A DNA stretch of 19,172 bases from Sulfurihydrogenibium sp. (GTDB lineage: Bacteria > Aquificota > Aquificia > Aquificales > Hydrogenothermaceae), in assembly GCA_037442825.1 (NCBI GenBank), contig JBBIPN010000020.1, positions 1-19,172 on the forward strand. The letters are read 5' to 3'. The translations under genes and the position numbers were made by a program. Within the stretch, counting starts at the first letter, position 1. Every line of letters starts with the position of its first letter. The notes beneath the pieces were generated by a model that saw nothing but the letters and a program-made list of their open reading frames with translations, was not told where the DNA came from and ran no database searches. Positions 1 to 9,173 of the stretch are shown here, in pieces.

Positions 1-365
1 GGATTTGGTATACCTTCAAAAAGACCTTTTTGATTGTGGAATATTTTTGAAGTTTTTCCATGCATTAAGCATTTTGCTTTTACTATATTTCCACCAAAAG
101 CTTGACCTATAGATTGATGACCTAAGCAAACTCCAAGGATAGGATAAACACCTTTAAATGTTTTTATAACATCAACAGAAATCCCTGCCTCCTTTGGAGT
201 ACATGGACCTGGAGATATTACAATGGCATCTATATTTTCCATCCTTTTTATATCATCTACAGTTATCTCATCGTTTCTTTTTACAATAACTTCTTGCCCT
301 AAATCATAAAGATACTGGACAATGTTGTATGTGAAGGAGTCATAGTTATCAATCATTAAAATCAT
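1..365 (-). CDS. trpG: Anthranilate/aminodeoxychorismate synthase component II (glutamine amidotransferase, TrpG/PabA), 3'-truncated by the window edge
   Basis: Not in the ORF track; translated by hand from ATG at 365: MILMIDNYDSFTYNIVQYL...ISPGPCTP...PILGVCLGHQSIG...MHGKTS. It has the IDNYDSF, SPGP and GVCLGHQ motifs. trpG and pabA cannot be distinguished. Confidence 0.93.
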   Translation of the reverse strand, partial: MILMIDNYDSFTYNIVQYLYDLGQEVIVKRNDEITVDDIKRMENIDAIVISPGPCTPKEAGISVDVIKTFKGVYPILGVCLGHQSIGQAFGGNIVKAKCLMHGKTSKIFHNQKGLFEGIPN

Positions 366-366
366 T

Positions 367-1368
<1,002 letters not shown>

Positions 1369-2682
1369 TTATCCTCCTGAAATTTGTTTTAAATATTCTA
1401 TCACTTCTTCCATCTTCATGCTACGGGAACCTTTTATAAGTATATTTGGTTTTAAAAATGATAATTTTTCTATTTCTTTTGCTATATCTTCTTTTTTTTC
1501 AAATATTTTAGATTTCATAAAATCTTTAATCTCTTGATGTATGTATTTAACATTATCACCATATAAAAATACATAATCTATTTTTTTATCTAATAAAAAT
1601 TTTCCTATTTCTCTATGGAGATTCTCAGAGTATTCACCAAGTTCAAGCATATCACCAAGAACAATTATATTTACACCTTCCAACTGGTTTAATGTTTCTA
1701 TACTGTTTTTTACAGATAAAGGATTTGCGTTATAAGTTTCATCTATAATGGTTGAATCTTTAATCTTTAAAATTTTCCCTCTACCTTCTGGAAGTTTAAA
1801 ATCTTTTAAAAAATCAAGATTTTTTATTGGATTAAAACCAAGATGAAAAAGAACACCTGCAACTGCACCTATGTTTTTAAAAACACCTAAATTGTACAAA
1901 GGTAATGTTAAATTAATCCTATCGTTTTTATACTTTATAGTTCCTTCTGTACCTTCTTTTGTTATCTTAATATTAAGTATTTCTATATCTCCTTTTTCAC
2001 CATAGGTTATAGCGTTTTTTATATCTCTATAGTAGATTTTTAAATCTTCTAGAAGGACGTTGTATTTTGTATTATTAAAAATTTCTCCTTTTCCTTTTAT
2101 TACATTTTCAAAAGAACTAAATTTTGCCGTATGACCATAACCTACAGATACTAAAACGCCAATATCTTGTTTTACAATACTGTTTAAATAATCAATATCT
2201 CCAACTTTACCTGCTCCCATCTCTATAATAGCTATGTCTGTATCTTCTGGTACATTTGCTAATGTTAAAGGAACACCAATTTCATTATTGTAATTTCCTA
2301 CAGTTGCATAAGATTTTGTTAAGTGTGATAAAACATAATTGATTAACTCTTTTGTAGATGTTTTACCACTTGTACCTGTTATACCAACTACAGTATTTAT
2401 TCTTTTTCTTTTATACTTTGCTATTTCTAATAATGCTTTATATGTGTCATCTACAAGGATACCGTTTTTGTATTCTTTTGGTTTTTCTGTAAGATATCCG
2501 GCAGCTTTATTTTTTAGTGCATCCTCGATATAGTTGTGACCGTCTGTAGAACCTTTTAGTGGTATAAAAAAATCATCTTCTTTTACTTTCCTACTATCTA
2601 TAACAAACTGTTTTATTTCAGTATCTTCCAATAGATTTAAAGGTTTTCCATTTACTACTTTTAATATATCAGAAATTTTCAT
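1369..2682 (-). CDS. murF: UDP-N-acetylmuramoyl-tripeptide--D-alanyl-D-alanine ligase
   Basis: IDSR, DGHNY, GITGTSGKTSTKE, GNYNNEIGVPLT, DETYNANP, LGDMLELG and KGSR motifs. Confidence 0.96.
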   Translation of the reverse strand: MKISDILKVVNGKPLNLLEDTEIKQFVIDSRKVKEDDFFIPLKGSTDGHNYIEDALKNKAAGYLTEKPKEYKNGILVDDTYKALLEIAKYKRKRINTVVGITGTSGKTSTKELINYVLSHLTKSYATVGNYNNEIGVPLTLANVPEDTDIAIIEMGAGKVGDIDYLNSIVKQDIGVLVSVGYGHTAKFSSFENVIKGKGEIFNNTKYNVLLEDLKIYYRDIKNAITYGEKGDIEILNIKITKEGTEGTIKYKNDRINLTLPLYNLGVFKNIGAVAGVLFHLGFNPIKNLDFLKDFKLPEGRGKILKIKDSTIIDETYNANPLSVKNSIETLNQLEGVNIIVLGDMLELGEYSENLHREIGKFLLDKKIDYVFLYGDNVKYIHQEIKDFMKSKIFEKKEDIAKEIEKLSFLKPNILIKGSRSMKMEEVIEYLKQISGG

Positions 2683-3293
2683 TCTTTTTTACCAACTATT
2701 AGAAAGATAGGATAATCTCTTTCTCCTTTTTCCCTCTGTTTTTTAACTGTATATACAATATCTGATTTAACATCTTTAAAGCCTAACTTTTCAAAAAGAG
2801 ATGTTAAAGATTCTACATCAAAACCAAAGTGAACTACTCCATCATTATCATCATGGAAAGAGCCATCTTCCTTTACTAAATCAGCAATAGCTATATATCC
2901 ACTATCTTTTAAATGATAATAAAGAGATTTTAAAATCTTTTCTATATCTTCTATATGATGAAAAACCATAGAACTAACGATTAAATCAAAATCTTCCTTT
3001 AATTTTTCTTTTTCTAAATCAAAATGATATGCTTTTGCATTTTCTATATTATTATCCTTTGCTTTTTTATTAAAAACTTCCACCATTTTAAGAGAACTAT
3101 CTACACCTATAACTTCTTTAATATAAGGTAGTATAAAAAATGATAACAAGCCTGTACCACAACCAAAATCTAAAACTTTCATATCACTTTTTATAGGAAC
3201 ATTTTCTATAATACCTTTAGCTATATTTTTTGCCAGTTCTACTCTAAGTGTATTTTCATCCCATGTTAAAGCAGCTTTATCAAATTTGTTCAT
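2679..3293 (-). CDS. Class I SAM-dependent methyltransferase
   Basis: VLDFGCGTG, GVDSS and FDLIVSSMVFHH motifs. Start moved from the ORF-track TTG at 3305 to ATG at 3293 because GGAG lies just upstream. Confidence 0.9.
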   Translation of the reverse strand: MNKFDKAALTWDENTLRVELAKNIAKGIIENVPIKSDMKVLDFGCGTGLLSFFILPYIKEVIGVDSSLKMVEVFNKKAKDNNIENAKAYHFDLEKEKLKEDFDLIVSSMVFHHIEDIEKILKSLYYHLKDSGYIAIADLVKEDGSFHDDNDGVVHFGFDVESLTSLFEKLGFKDVKSDIVYTVKKQREKGERDYPIFLIVGKKE

Positions 3294-3295
3294 AC

Positions 3296-4210
3296 TTAAC
3301 TCCAATAGTTTTGAATGGTTAATATAATATATATGGCAATAGCTGCTATTCCTATGATATATAATATTAAAATTAAAAAATATATAATTTTTTTTCTCTT
3401 TTTATTCTCTGTTTTATCTTCAAAAATAGGATTAATATGTTTAAGTTTTATATTAAAGCTTCCTTCCATAGCAGCAGCCATCAATGCCCTTGACATTAAT
3501 AGATTTATTAATCTTGGAATACCTTCGCTGTATTTGTAAATTTCTTTATAAACCTTAGATTCTATTTTTAAATTTTCTAAACCAGATACTTTTAATCTAT
3601 GGTTTATATACTTTTCAACTTCTTTTTCATCTAAGAATTTTAAAAACATTTTATTTGAAATTCTACTGTTTAGCTGTCTTAATCTTTTATCTTGCAATGT
3701 TTCTTCAAACTCTGGCTGTCCTACAAGTATTATTTGAATTAGTTTTTCTTTTTCTGTTTCAAGGTTAGATAAAAGTCTAAGTTCTTCTAACGTTTCAATA
3801 GGCATAAGTTGAGCTTCATCAATTATTATTAAAACCTTCTTTTTATTTGAAACATTTTCCTGTAAAAAATCCCTGAGTTTTTTTAGTATCTCATTTTTAT
3901 TTATATTCTCATTGTAAGGTATTTTAAACTCATCTAAAAGTGTTTTTAAAAACTCTTCTGGTTTTAGATTTGGATTTAATATTAATGCATAGATGTAGTT
4001 TTTTGGAAGTTCAGATATAAACTTTCTTAGTGTGGTAGTTTTACCAGTTCCAGGCTCTCCTATAATTACACAAAAACCTTCACCACTTTCTACTACAAAT
4101 TTAAGTAAATTTTTAGCTGTTCTATGAGTCAAAGATTCATAGAAGTAAGTATAATCTGGTGTGATTTTAAATGGATCTTCTTTTAAATCAAAAAAATCTA
4201 AATAGTTCAT
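3296..4210 (-). CDS. ExeA/GspA-like AAA ATPase with a C-terminal transmembrane helix
   Basis: N-terminal YLDFFDLKEDPFKITPD, Walker A GEPGTGKT, Walker B IIIDEAQ, LEELRLLSN, LVGQPE and GIPRLIN; hydrophobic C-terminus after KKRKK. Confidence 0.9.
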   Translation of the reverse strand: MNYLDFFDLKEDPFKITPDYTYFYESLTHRTAKNLLKFVVESGEGFCVIIGEPGTGKTTTLRKFISELPKNYIYALILNPNLKPEEFLKTLLDEFKIPYNENINKNEILKKLRDFLQENVSNKKKVLIIIDEAQLMPIETLEELRLLSNLETEKEKLIQIILVGQPEFEETLQDKRLRQLNSRISNKMFLKFLDEKEVEKYINHRLKVSGLENLKIESKVYKEIYKYSEGIPRLINLLMSRALMAAAMEGSFNIKLKHINPIFEDKTENKKRKKIIYFLILILYIIGIAAIAIYIILTIQNYWS

Positions 4211-4212
4211 TT

Positions 4213-4674
4213 TTATTGTTTATCTTTTGGGAATAAAATACTTCTTACTCTTTTAGTTTGTGAATTTGCGATAGCTTTTTCTTCATCTATGTAGTAGTAA
4301 ATCTCATCACCTTCAATGACATTTTTATCTTGGTGAACTTCTGCTTCTTTCCGAAGTACTATTAAGTTTTTATCTTTATAGTATTCAGCCTCTTTTGATT
4401 TACCCCATTTATTTTCTTGTTTAAAGAAAACGTTCCCACTTGCAAAAATCTTTGAAACATCTCCTTTATCATCTAAATAGATTTTCATAATATCTGCATT
4501 CATAGTTATATTTCCTTTTTTCACTTCAACTTTTCCTGTATACACTGCTATTTTTTCTTTATTGGAATACTCTAATTTATCGGCAGTTATAACTATAGGT
4601 TCTTTTTTGTTTGTACTTTCTTCTGCATAAACATTTAAAAATAAAAATGTAAAGATAATTAACAATCTAATCAT
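4213..4674 (-). CDS. lptA: LPS transport periplasmic protein LptA (OstA-like)
   Basis: Signal peptide, PIVITADKLEY, AVYTGKVEV, ASGNV, IEGDEIYY and RVRSIL; follows an lptC-like gene. Confidence 0.88.
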   Translation of the reverse strand: MIRLLIIFTFLFLNVYAEESTNKKEPIVITADKLEYSNKEKIAVYTGKVEVKKGNITMNADIMKIYLDDKGDVSKIFASGNVFFKQENKWGKSKEAEYYKDKNLIVLRKEAEVHQDKNVIEGDEIYYYIDEEKAIANSQTKRVRSILFPKDKQ

Positions 4675-5198
4675 GATTTTCTTTTAAACCTCGTTTCAAC
4701 TTGGTTAAGTTTTAGTATTTCTTCATCAAAATTAAAAAATAGATCTTTTCCGTATATGTCCATATTTTCTGAAGTTATAAAAACTTTACTATTATTGTAA
4801 GCAATTTTATTTTCACTATCTATAAATAATTTATCGGTTAACATTTTTATATCTTTAGATTCAAAGTTTACATTTCTATAAATTTCAGCTATTTTCTTAT
4901 CTTTTAGATAGTATGAATATTCCCCTTTTAGTTCAAAAGATTTACTGTCTTTTAAGTATACAATGAAAGGTTTTTCTATATAAAGTTTTTCTCCTAAATC
5001 AACCATAGTTGTACCATACAATTTATATTGACTGTCTAATTTTTTGGATACAATTACAAAGTTTTCTATTCTTGAGTTGGTATATTTGAAATTTTTTAGT
5101 TTTTCTTTATCAAGATAGTCAGATACTCTGTTAAATACATAGGAAGTAAACAGAAATAAAGAAGCTAAGATTAATACTCTCTTAATCTTCTCTAACAA
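4671..5198 (-). CDS. lptC: LPS export protein LptC-like
   Basis: Single N-terminal TM segment followed by a beta-rich domain (MLTDKLFID...VFITS...IYGKDL); ATGA overlap with lptA. Confidence 0.75.
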   Translation of the reverse strand: MLEKIKRVLILASLFLFTSYVFNRVSDYLDKEKLKNFKYTNSRIENFVIVSKKLDSQYKLYGTTMVDLGEKLYIEKPFIVYLKDSKSFELKGEYSYYLKDKKIAEIYRNVNFESKDIKMLTDKLFIDSENKIAYNNSKVFITSENMDIYGKDLFFNFDEEILKLNQVETRFKRKS

Positions 5199-6504
5199 AA
5201 TCTTCTATCTCCATATTATCTTTTTGTTTCTTTCTTAAATCCCATTTAGAACTAAACATTTCTTCAAATATATTTGTAATTTCGTCATTTTCTCCAGATG
5301 AAGCTACATTTTTTAAATACATTGTTGGTCTATGTAATATTTTATTTATTAATGACTTCATAGCAAGGTCTATTTGTTCCTTTTCTTCTTCTGTTAGGTA
5401 AGGCATTGATTTAAATAATCTTTCTTCTTGCTTTTTGATAAGTTGATCTACATAATCTCTAATGTTTATTATTATTGGATTAACTTTTTGTGTATTTAAC
5501 CATTTCATAAATTTATCAACTTCTTCTTCTACAATAAACTCACCCCTTTTTGCTTCTATTTTTCTTTCTTCTAAATTAGAATTTACTACCTGTTTTAAAT
5601 CGTCAATATTATATAGATAAACACTTTCTATATTATTTACTTCTTCTTCTACGTTTCTTGGAACTGATATATCTATTATAAAGAGTGGATTTTTTCTATC
5701 TTTTAATACTTTTTTTATTTCTTCTTTTTTTAATATAGGTTCAGTTGCTCCTGTTGATACGATTACAATATCTGATTCTGGAAGAAAATCAAAAAGTTTA
5801 TTAAATCTTACTGCACTTCCACCAAATTTATTAGCAAGTTCTACTGCTCTTTCAAAAGTTCTATTTGATACAAAAATATGTTTTACACCAAAAGATTGTA
5901 AATGTTTTGCAGAAAGTTCAGCCATCTCACCTGCACCAATTATTAAAACATTCTTATCAGAAAGGTCACCAAATATCTTCTTTGAAAGTAAAACAGCCGC
6001 ATAGCTTATAGATACAGCCCTTTTTGATATACCTGTTGTGGTTCTTATTTTCTTTGAAACATTTAAAGCTTTATCAAATAGTCTTGTTAGGATATGTCTT
6101 ACAGTTTTATACTCTTTTGCTTTAGAAAAAGAGTCTTTAAATTGACAAACAATCTGAGGTTCACCAATAACCATTGAATCTAAGCTTGAAGATACTCTAA
6201 AAATATGCTTAACAGCTTCTCTATCTATATAGAAAAATATATAACTGGAAATACTATGGACTGACATAGAAGAAAATTGAGAGATAATTCTTAAGACATC
6301 ATTTTTTAATGTTTGAGGGTCTCCATATGCAACGCCATAAAATTCAACTCTATTACATGTAGATATTATGCAGATCTCTAATATATTGTCTATGCTGTTT
6401 AATTTTTCTAACAAGTTAAGATAATTACTTTCAGTAATAGTTAACTTTTCTCTTATCTCTACAGGTGCTGTTTTATAGTTAAAACCTGTTGAAAATATAA
6501 ACAT
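5182..6504 (-). CDS. hemA: Glutamyl-tRNA reductase
   Basis: [10 protein letters not shown], catalytic [24 protein letters not shown] and DISVPRNV motifs. Confidence 0.98.
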   Translation of the reverse strand: MFIFSTGFNYKTAPVEIREKLTITESNYLNLLEKLNSIDNILEICIISTCNRVEFYGVAYGDPQTLKNDVLRIISQFSSMSVHSISSYIFFYIDREAVKHIFRVSSSLDSMVIGEPQIVCQFKDSFSKAKEYKTVRHILTRLFDKALNVSKKIRTTTGISKRAVSISYAAVLLSKKIFGDLSDKNVLIIGAGEMAELSAKHLQSFGVKHIFVSNRTFERAVELANKFGGSAVRFNKLFDFLPESDIVIVSTGATEPILKKEEIKKVLKDRKNPLFIIDISVPRNVEEEVNNIESVYLYNIDDLKQVVNSNLEERKIEAKRGEFIVEEEVDKFMKWLNTQKVNPIIINIRDYVDQLIKKQEERLFKSMPYLTEEEKEQIDLAMKSLINKILHRPTMYLKNVASSGENDEITNIFEEMFSSKWDLRKKQKDNMEIEDFVRED

Positions 6505-6532
6505 ATTTACCTCATTTTATATGATAAATAAT

Positions 6533-6562
6533 ATTATAACACTATAAAATCTATGCTAAAAT
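6533..6562. promoter_or_regulatory. Back-to-back extended -10 promoters for hemA (-) and the O-methyltransferase (+)
   Basis: Minus strand TGtTATAAT (6541-6533); plus strand TGcTAAAAT (6554-6562). Confidence 0.6.
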
Positions 6563-6569
6563 TTATTTT

Positions 6570-7202
6570 ATGATTGTAAATATCAAAATTGAAGAGTATT
6601 TAAATAAGTTAAATAGTTTTTCTTTTCCAAAAGATAGAGAAATTTTAGAAGAGATGGAAGATTATGCTTTTAAAAATGATTTTCCAATAGTTGAAAGGGC
6701 TGTTGGGAACCTTCTATATACGATTACGAAGTTGAAAAAACCAAAACTTGTTGTTGAACTTGGTTCTGGTTATGGTTATTCTGGTTATTTTTTTGCAAAA
6801 GGAATAGAAGAGGGAAAGGTTGTATTAACGGATTACCAAGAAAAAAATATAAATATGGCAAAAGATTACTATAAAAGGTTAAATATCTACGAAAAAGCAG
6901 AGTTTAATGTAGGAAATGCTATTGATATAGCTAAAAATTATAAAGATATAGATATACTATTTTTAGATTTAGAAAAATCAAAGTATTTAGATGCTATTTT
7001 AGAATTAAAATCAAATTTAAAAATCGGTAGTTTAGTAATAGCTGATAATGTTTTATGGTACGGTAAAGTAGTTGAAGAGATAATAGATGAAAAAACAGAA
7101 AAGATAAAAGTATTCAATGAGTATATGTTTACAAATGATGAGTTTTTCTCTACAATAGTTCCCTTAAGAGATGGGGTTTTAATATCTTTGAAGATAAAAT
7201 AA
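6570..7202 (+). CDS. O-methyltransferase (Methyltransf_3/YrrM-like family)
   Basis: FPIV, VELGSGYGYS, DILFLDLEK, ADNVLWYG and PLRDG motifs. Confidence 0.9.
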   Translation: MIVNIKIEEYLNKLNSFSFPKDREILEEMEDYAFKNDFPIVERAVGNLLYTITKLKKPKLVVELGSGYGYSGYFFAKGIEEGKVVLTDYQEKNINMAKDYYKRLNIYEKAEFNVGNAIDIAKNYKDIDILFLDLEKSKYLDAILELKSNLKIGSLVIADNVLWYGKVVEEIIDEKTEKIKVFNEYMFTNDEFFSTIVPLRDGVLISLKIK

Positions 7203-7203
7203 C

Positions 7204-7240
7204 TGTTCCAAAATGTACAATAAAAGTTCCAAATAGAACA
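7204..7240. promoter_or_regulatory. Tandem imperfect palindromes TGTTC-N6-GAACA (putative operator pair)
   Basis: TGTTCcaaaatGTACA (7204-7219) and AGTTCcaaataGAACA (7225-7240); centres 21 bp apart. Confidence 0.45.
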
Positions 7241-7311
7241 CTTTAAAAACCTAAAAAAAATTTAATCTATTGCTGCTAAATCTTCTTTGACTTACCTCCT
7301 CCAAATTTTTG

Positions 7312-7342
7312 GAAGCTGATGTAAAAGTCAGTTTCTTTTTTT
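7312..7342 (+). terminator. Intrinsic terminator
   Basis: Stem GAAGCTGAT/GTCAGTTTC (two G-U pairs), loop GTAAAA, followed by T7. Confidence 0.7.
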
Positions 7343-7343
7343 A

Positions 7344-7352
7344 TGTTAAAAT
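7344..7352 (+). promoter_or_regulatory. Extended -10 promoter candidate for the aminotransferase operon
   Basis: TGtTAAAAT upstream of the SD GGAGG at 7370-7374. Confidence 0.5.
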
Positions 7353-7382
7353 AGTTAGTAAAATTCTTTGGAGGATTGCTTT

Positions 7383-8522
7383 TTGATAAAGGAAAGATTG
7401 TTTACACCTGGTCCTGTACCTTTACCACCACAAGTTATTAAAGCGCTAGGTCAACAGATAATTCATCATAGAACGCCAGAATTTACAAATATCTTTCTAA
7501 AAGTAAGAGAAAAACTCCAAAAACTCTTAAATACAGATAGAGACGTTCTTTTGTTTGCATCATCTGGAACTGGTGCAATGGAATCGTCAGTTGTTAACTT
7601 TTTTAATGAAAATGATAAAGTTTTAGTTATAAATGCTGGGAAATTTGGAGAAAGATGGAGAGATTTAGGTAAGACATTTGGATTAAATGTTATAGATTAT
7701 CAGATAGAATGGGGTAAAACATACGATAAAGAAAAGATTAAAGAGATTGTAGAAAAAAATCCAGATATTAAAGGTATTTTTGTTCAACACTCAGAAACTT
7801 CTACAACTACACTACACGATTTAAACTATCTTGCACAGATAAATAAAACGTTAGAAGATAGTCTTTTAGTTGTTGATGGTATTACTTCTGTAGGTGTGTA
7901 CAAAGTATTTCCAGAAGATATCGGTGTTGATATATTAGTAACAGGAAGTCAAAAAGCGTTGATGCTTCCGCCAGGTTTAGCTATTTTATACTACAGCGAA
8001 AAAGCAGAAAAAAGGTTAGAAAATAGTAAACTACCAAAGTATTACTTTTCAGTTGAAGCAGAAAGTAAAAAGCAAGCTAAAGGTCAAACTGCATACACAC
8101 CTGCTATAAATCTTATAATAGCTTTAAATGAAAGCTTAGATTTAATTTTAAATGAAGGATTAGATAATCTTGAAAGAAGACATAGGATACTTGCAGATAT
8201 GACAAAAGAAAGTTTAAAAGAGATAGGTTTGAAACTACTTTCCGAAAGTCCTTCCAATTCAGCTACAGGTGTTTATACACCAGAAGGTATAGATGCAGAT
8301 GTCTTTAGAAAAGAACTCTTAAAAATTGGTGTTAGAGTAGCTGGTGGACAAGACCATTTAAAAGGAAAAATAATAAGAATAGCCCATATGGGATATTTTG
8401 ATTACTTGGATATGATAGAAGTTATATCTGCTATAGAGATTGGGCTTTATAAAATGGGTTATAAAATAGAACTTGGTAAAGCTGTTAGAAAAGCTCAAGA
8501 AATATACTTAAAAGAGGTATAA
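7383..8522 (+). CDS. Class V PLP aminotransferase (alanine-glyoxylate/serine-pyruvate family); probable phosphoserine aminotransferase
   Basis: FTPGP, SSGTGAME, VVDG, PLP lysine in GSQKAL, and RIAHMG. TTG at 7383 is preferred over 7368 because GGAGG lies 8 nt upstream. Specific function is inferred from the adjacent pspA. Confidence 0.88.
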   Translation: MIKERLFTPGPVPLPPQVIKALGQQIIHHRTPEFTNIFLKVREKLQKLLNTDRDVLLFASSGTGAMESSVVNFFNENDKVLVINAGKFGERWRDLGKTFGLNVIDYQIEWGKTYDKEKIKEIVEKNPDIKGIFVQHSETSTTTLHDLNYLAQINKTLEDSLLVVDGITSVGVYKVFPEDIGVDILVTGSQKALMLPPGLAILYYSEKAEKRLENSKLPKYYFSVEAESKKQAKGQTAYTPAINLIIALNESLDLILNEGLDNLERRHRILADMTKESLKEIGLKLLSESPSNSATGVYTPEGIDADVFRKELLKIGVRVAGGQDHLKGKIIRIAHMGYFDYLDMIEVISAIEIGLYKMGYKIELGKAVRKAQEIYLKEV

Positions 8523-8525
8523 ACA

Positions 8526-9161
8526 GTGGTTAGGATTATATTTATAAGACATGCAGAAAGTTTATGGAATCCTATAGGAAGATACCAAGGGAAGTTAGAC
8601 CCAGAGTTAAGTGAAAAAGGACACAAACAAGCACAACTAATAGCCCAGGCTATAAAAAAATACAATCCAACAAGATTGTACTCAAGTCCACTTAAAAGAA
8701 CCTATCAAACAGCAGAGTATATAAGTAAAGAGTTAAATCTTCCTATTATAAAAAATGAAGATATTATTGAGATAGACCATGGAGATTGGTCTGGATTGTT
8801 GGTAGAAGAAGTAAAAGAGAAATATCCAGATATGTTTAGACAGTGGTTATATGAACCACATTTAGTAAAATTTCCAAATGGTGAATCCTTAGAGGACGTA
8901 TTTAAAAGAGTAAAAAAGTTTTTAAACTATGTGATAGAACAACATGAAAACGAAACAATTATAGTAGTATCACATACAGTGCCGATTAGAGCATCATTAA
9001 CAGCAGGATTAAATTTAAATATGGATAAATTTTGGATTTTTGGTTGTGATAATGCTTCATACTCTATATTAGATTACGATAAAGTTAGACCAATACTTTA
9101 TAAGCTAAATAATACATACTATTTAGGAGAGTATTACATACCTGCATTAGATGCACTTTAA
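8526..9161 (+). CDS. pspA: Metal-independent phosphoserine phosphatase PspA (histidine phosphatase / dPGM-like)
   Basis: 211 aa with RHAES (R8, H9), EIDH (E82, H85), VSH150TVP and FGCDNASYS. By recollection it closely resembles Hydrogenobacter thermophilus PspA, including His85. GTG start. Confidence 0.88.
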   Translation: MVRIIFIRHAESLWNPIGRYQGKLDPELSEKGHKQAQLIAQAIKKYNPTRLYSSPLKRTYQTAEYISKELNLPIIKNEDIIEIDHGDWSGLLVEEVKEKYPDMFRQWLYEPHLVKFPNGESLEDVFKRVKKFLNYVIEQHENETIIVVSHTVPIRASLTAGLNLNMDKFWIFGCDNASYSILDYDKVRPILYKLNNTYYLGEYYIPALDAL

Positions 9162-9173
9162 AAAGGAGTAAAT

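Noticed and set aside
2339..2533. 64-aa plus-strand ORF
   Set aside because: Antisense shadow inside murF; its hydrophobicity comes from the Lys/Glu-rich opposite strand.
3315..3539. 74-aa hydrophobic plus-strand ORF
   Set aside because: Antisense shadow within the ExeA-like gene; no SD.
6515..6540. Possible Fur box upstream of hemA (TGATAAATAATATTATAA)
   Set aside because: Poor dyad symmetry; expected by chance in such AT-rich DNA and explained by the -10 element.
7262..7302. Minus-strand GGAGGAGGT as the RBS of a small ORF
   Set aside because: No start codon at a usable distance downstream on the minus strand.
8526..9161. Phosphoglycerate mutase (gpmA) or CobC call
   Set aside because: His85, the length and the C-terminal sequence fit PspA-type phosphoserine phosphatase better.
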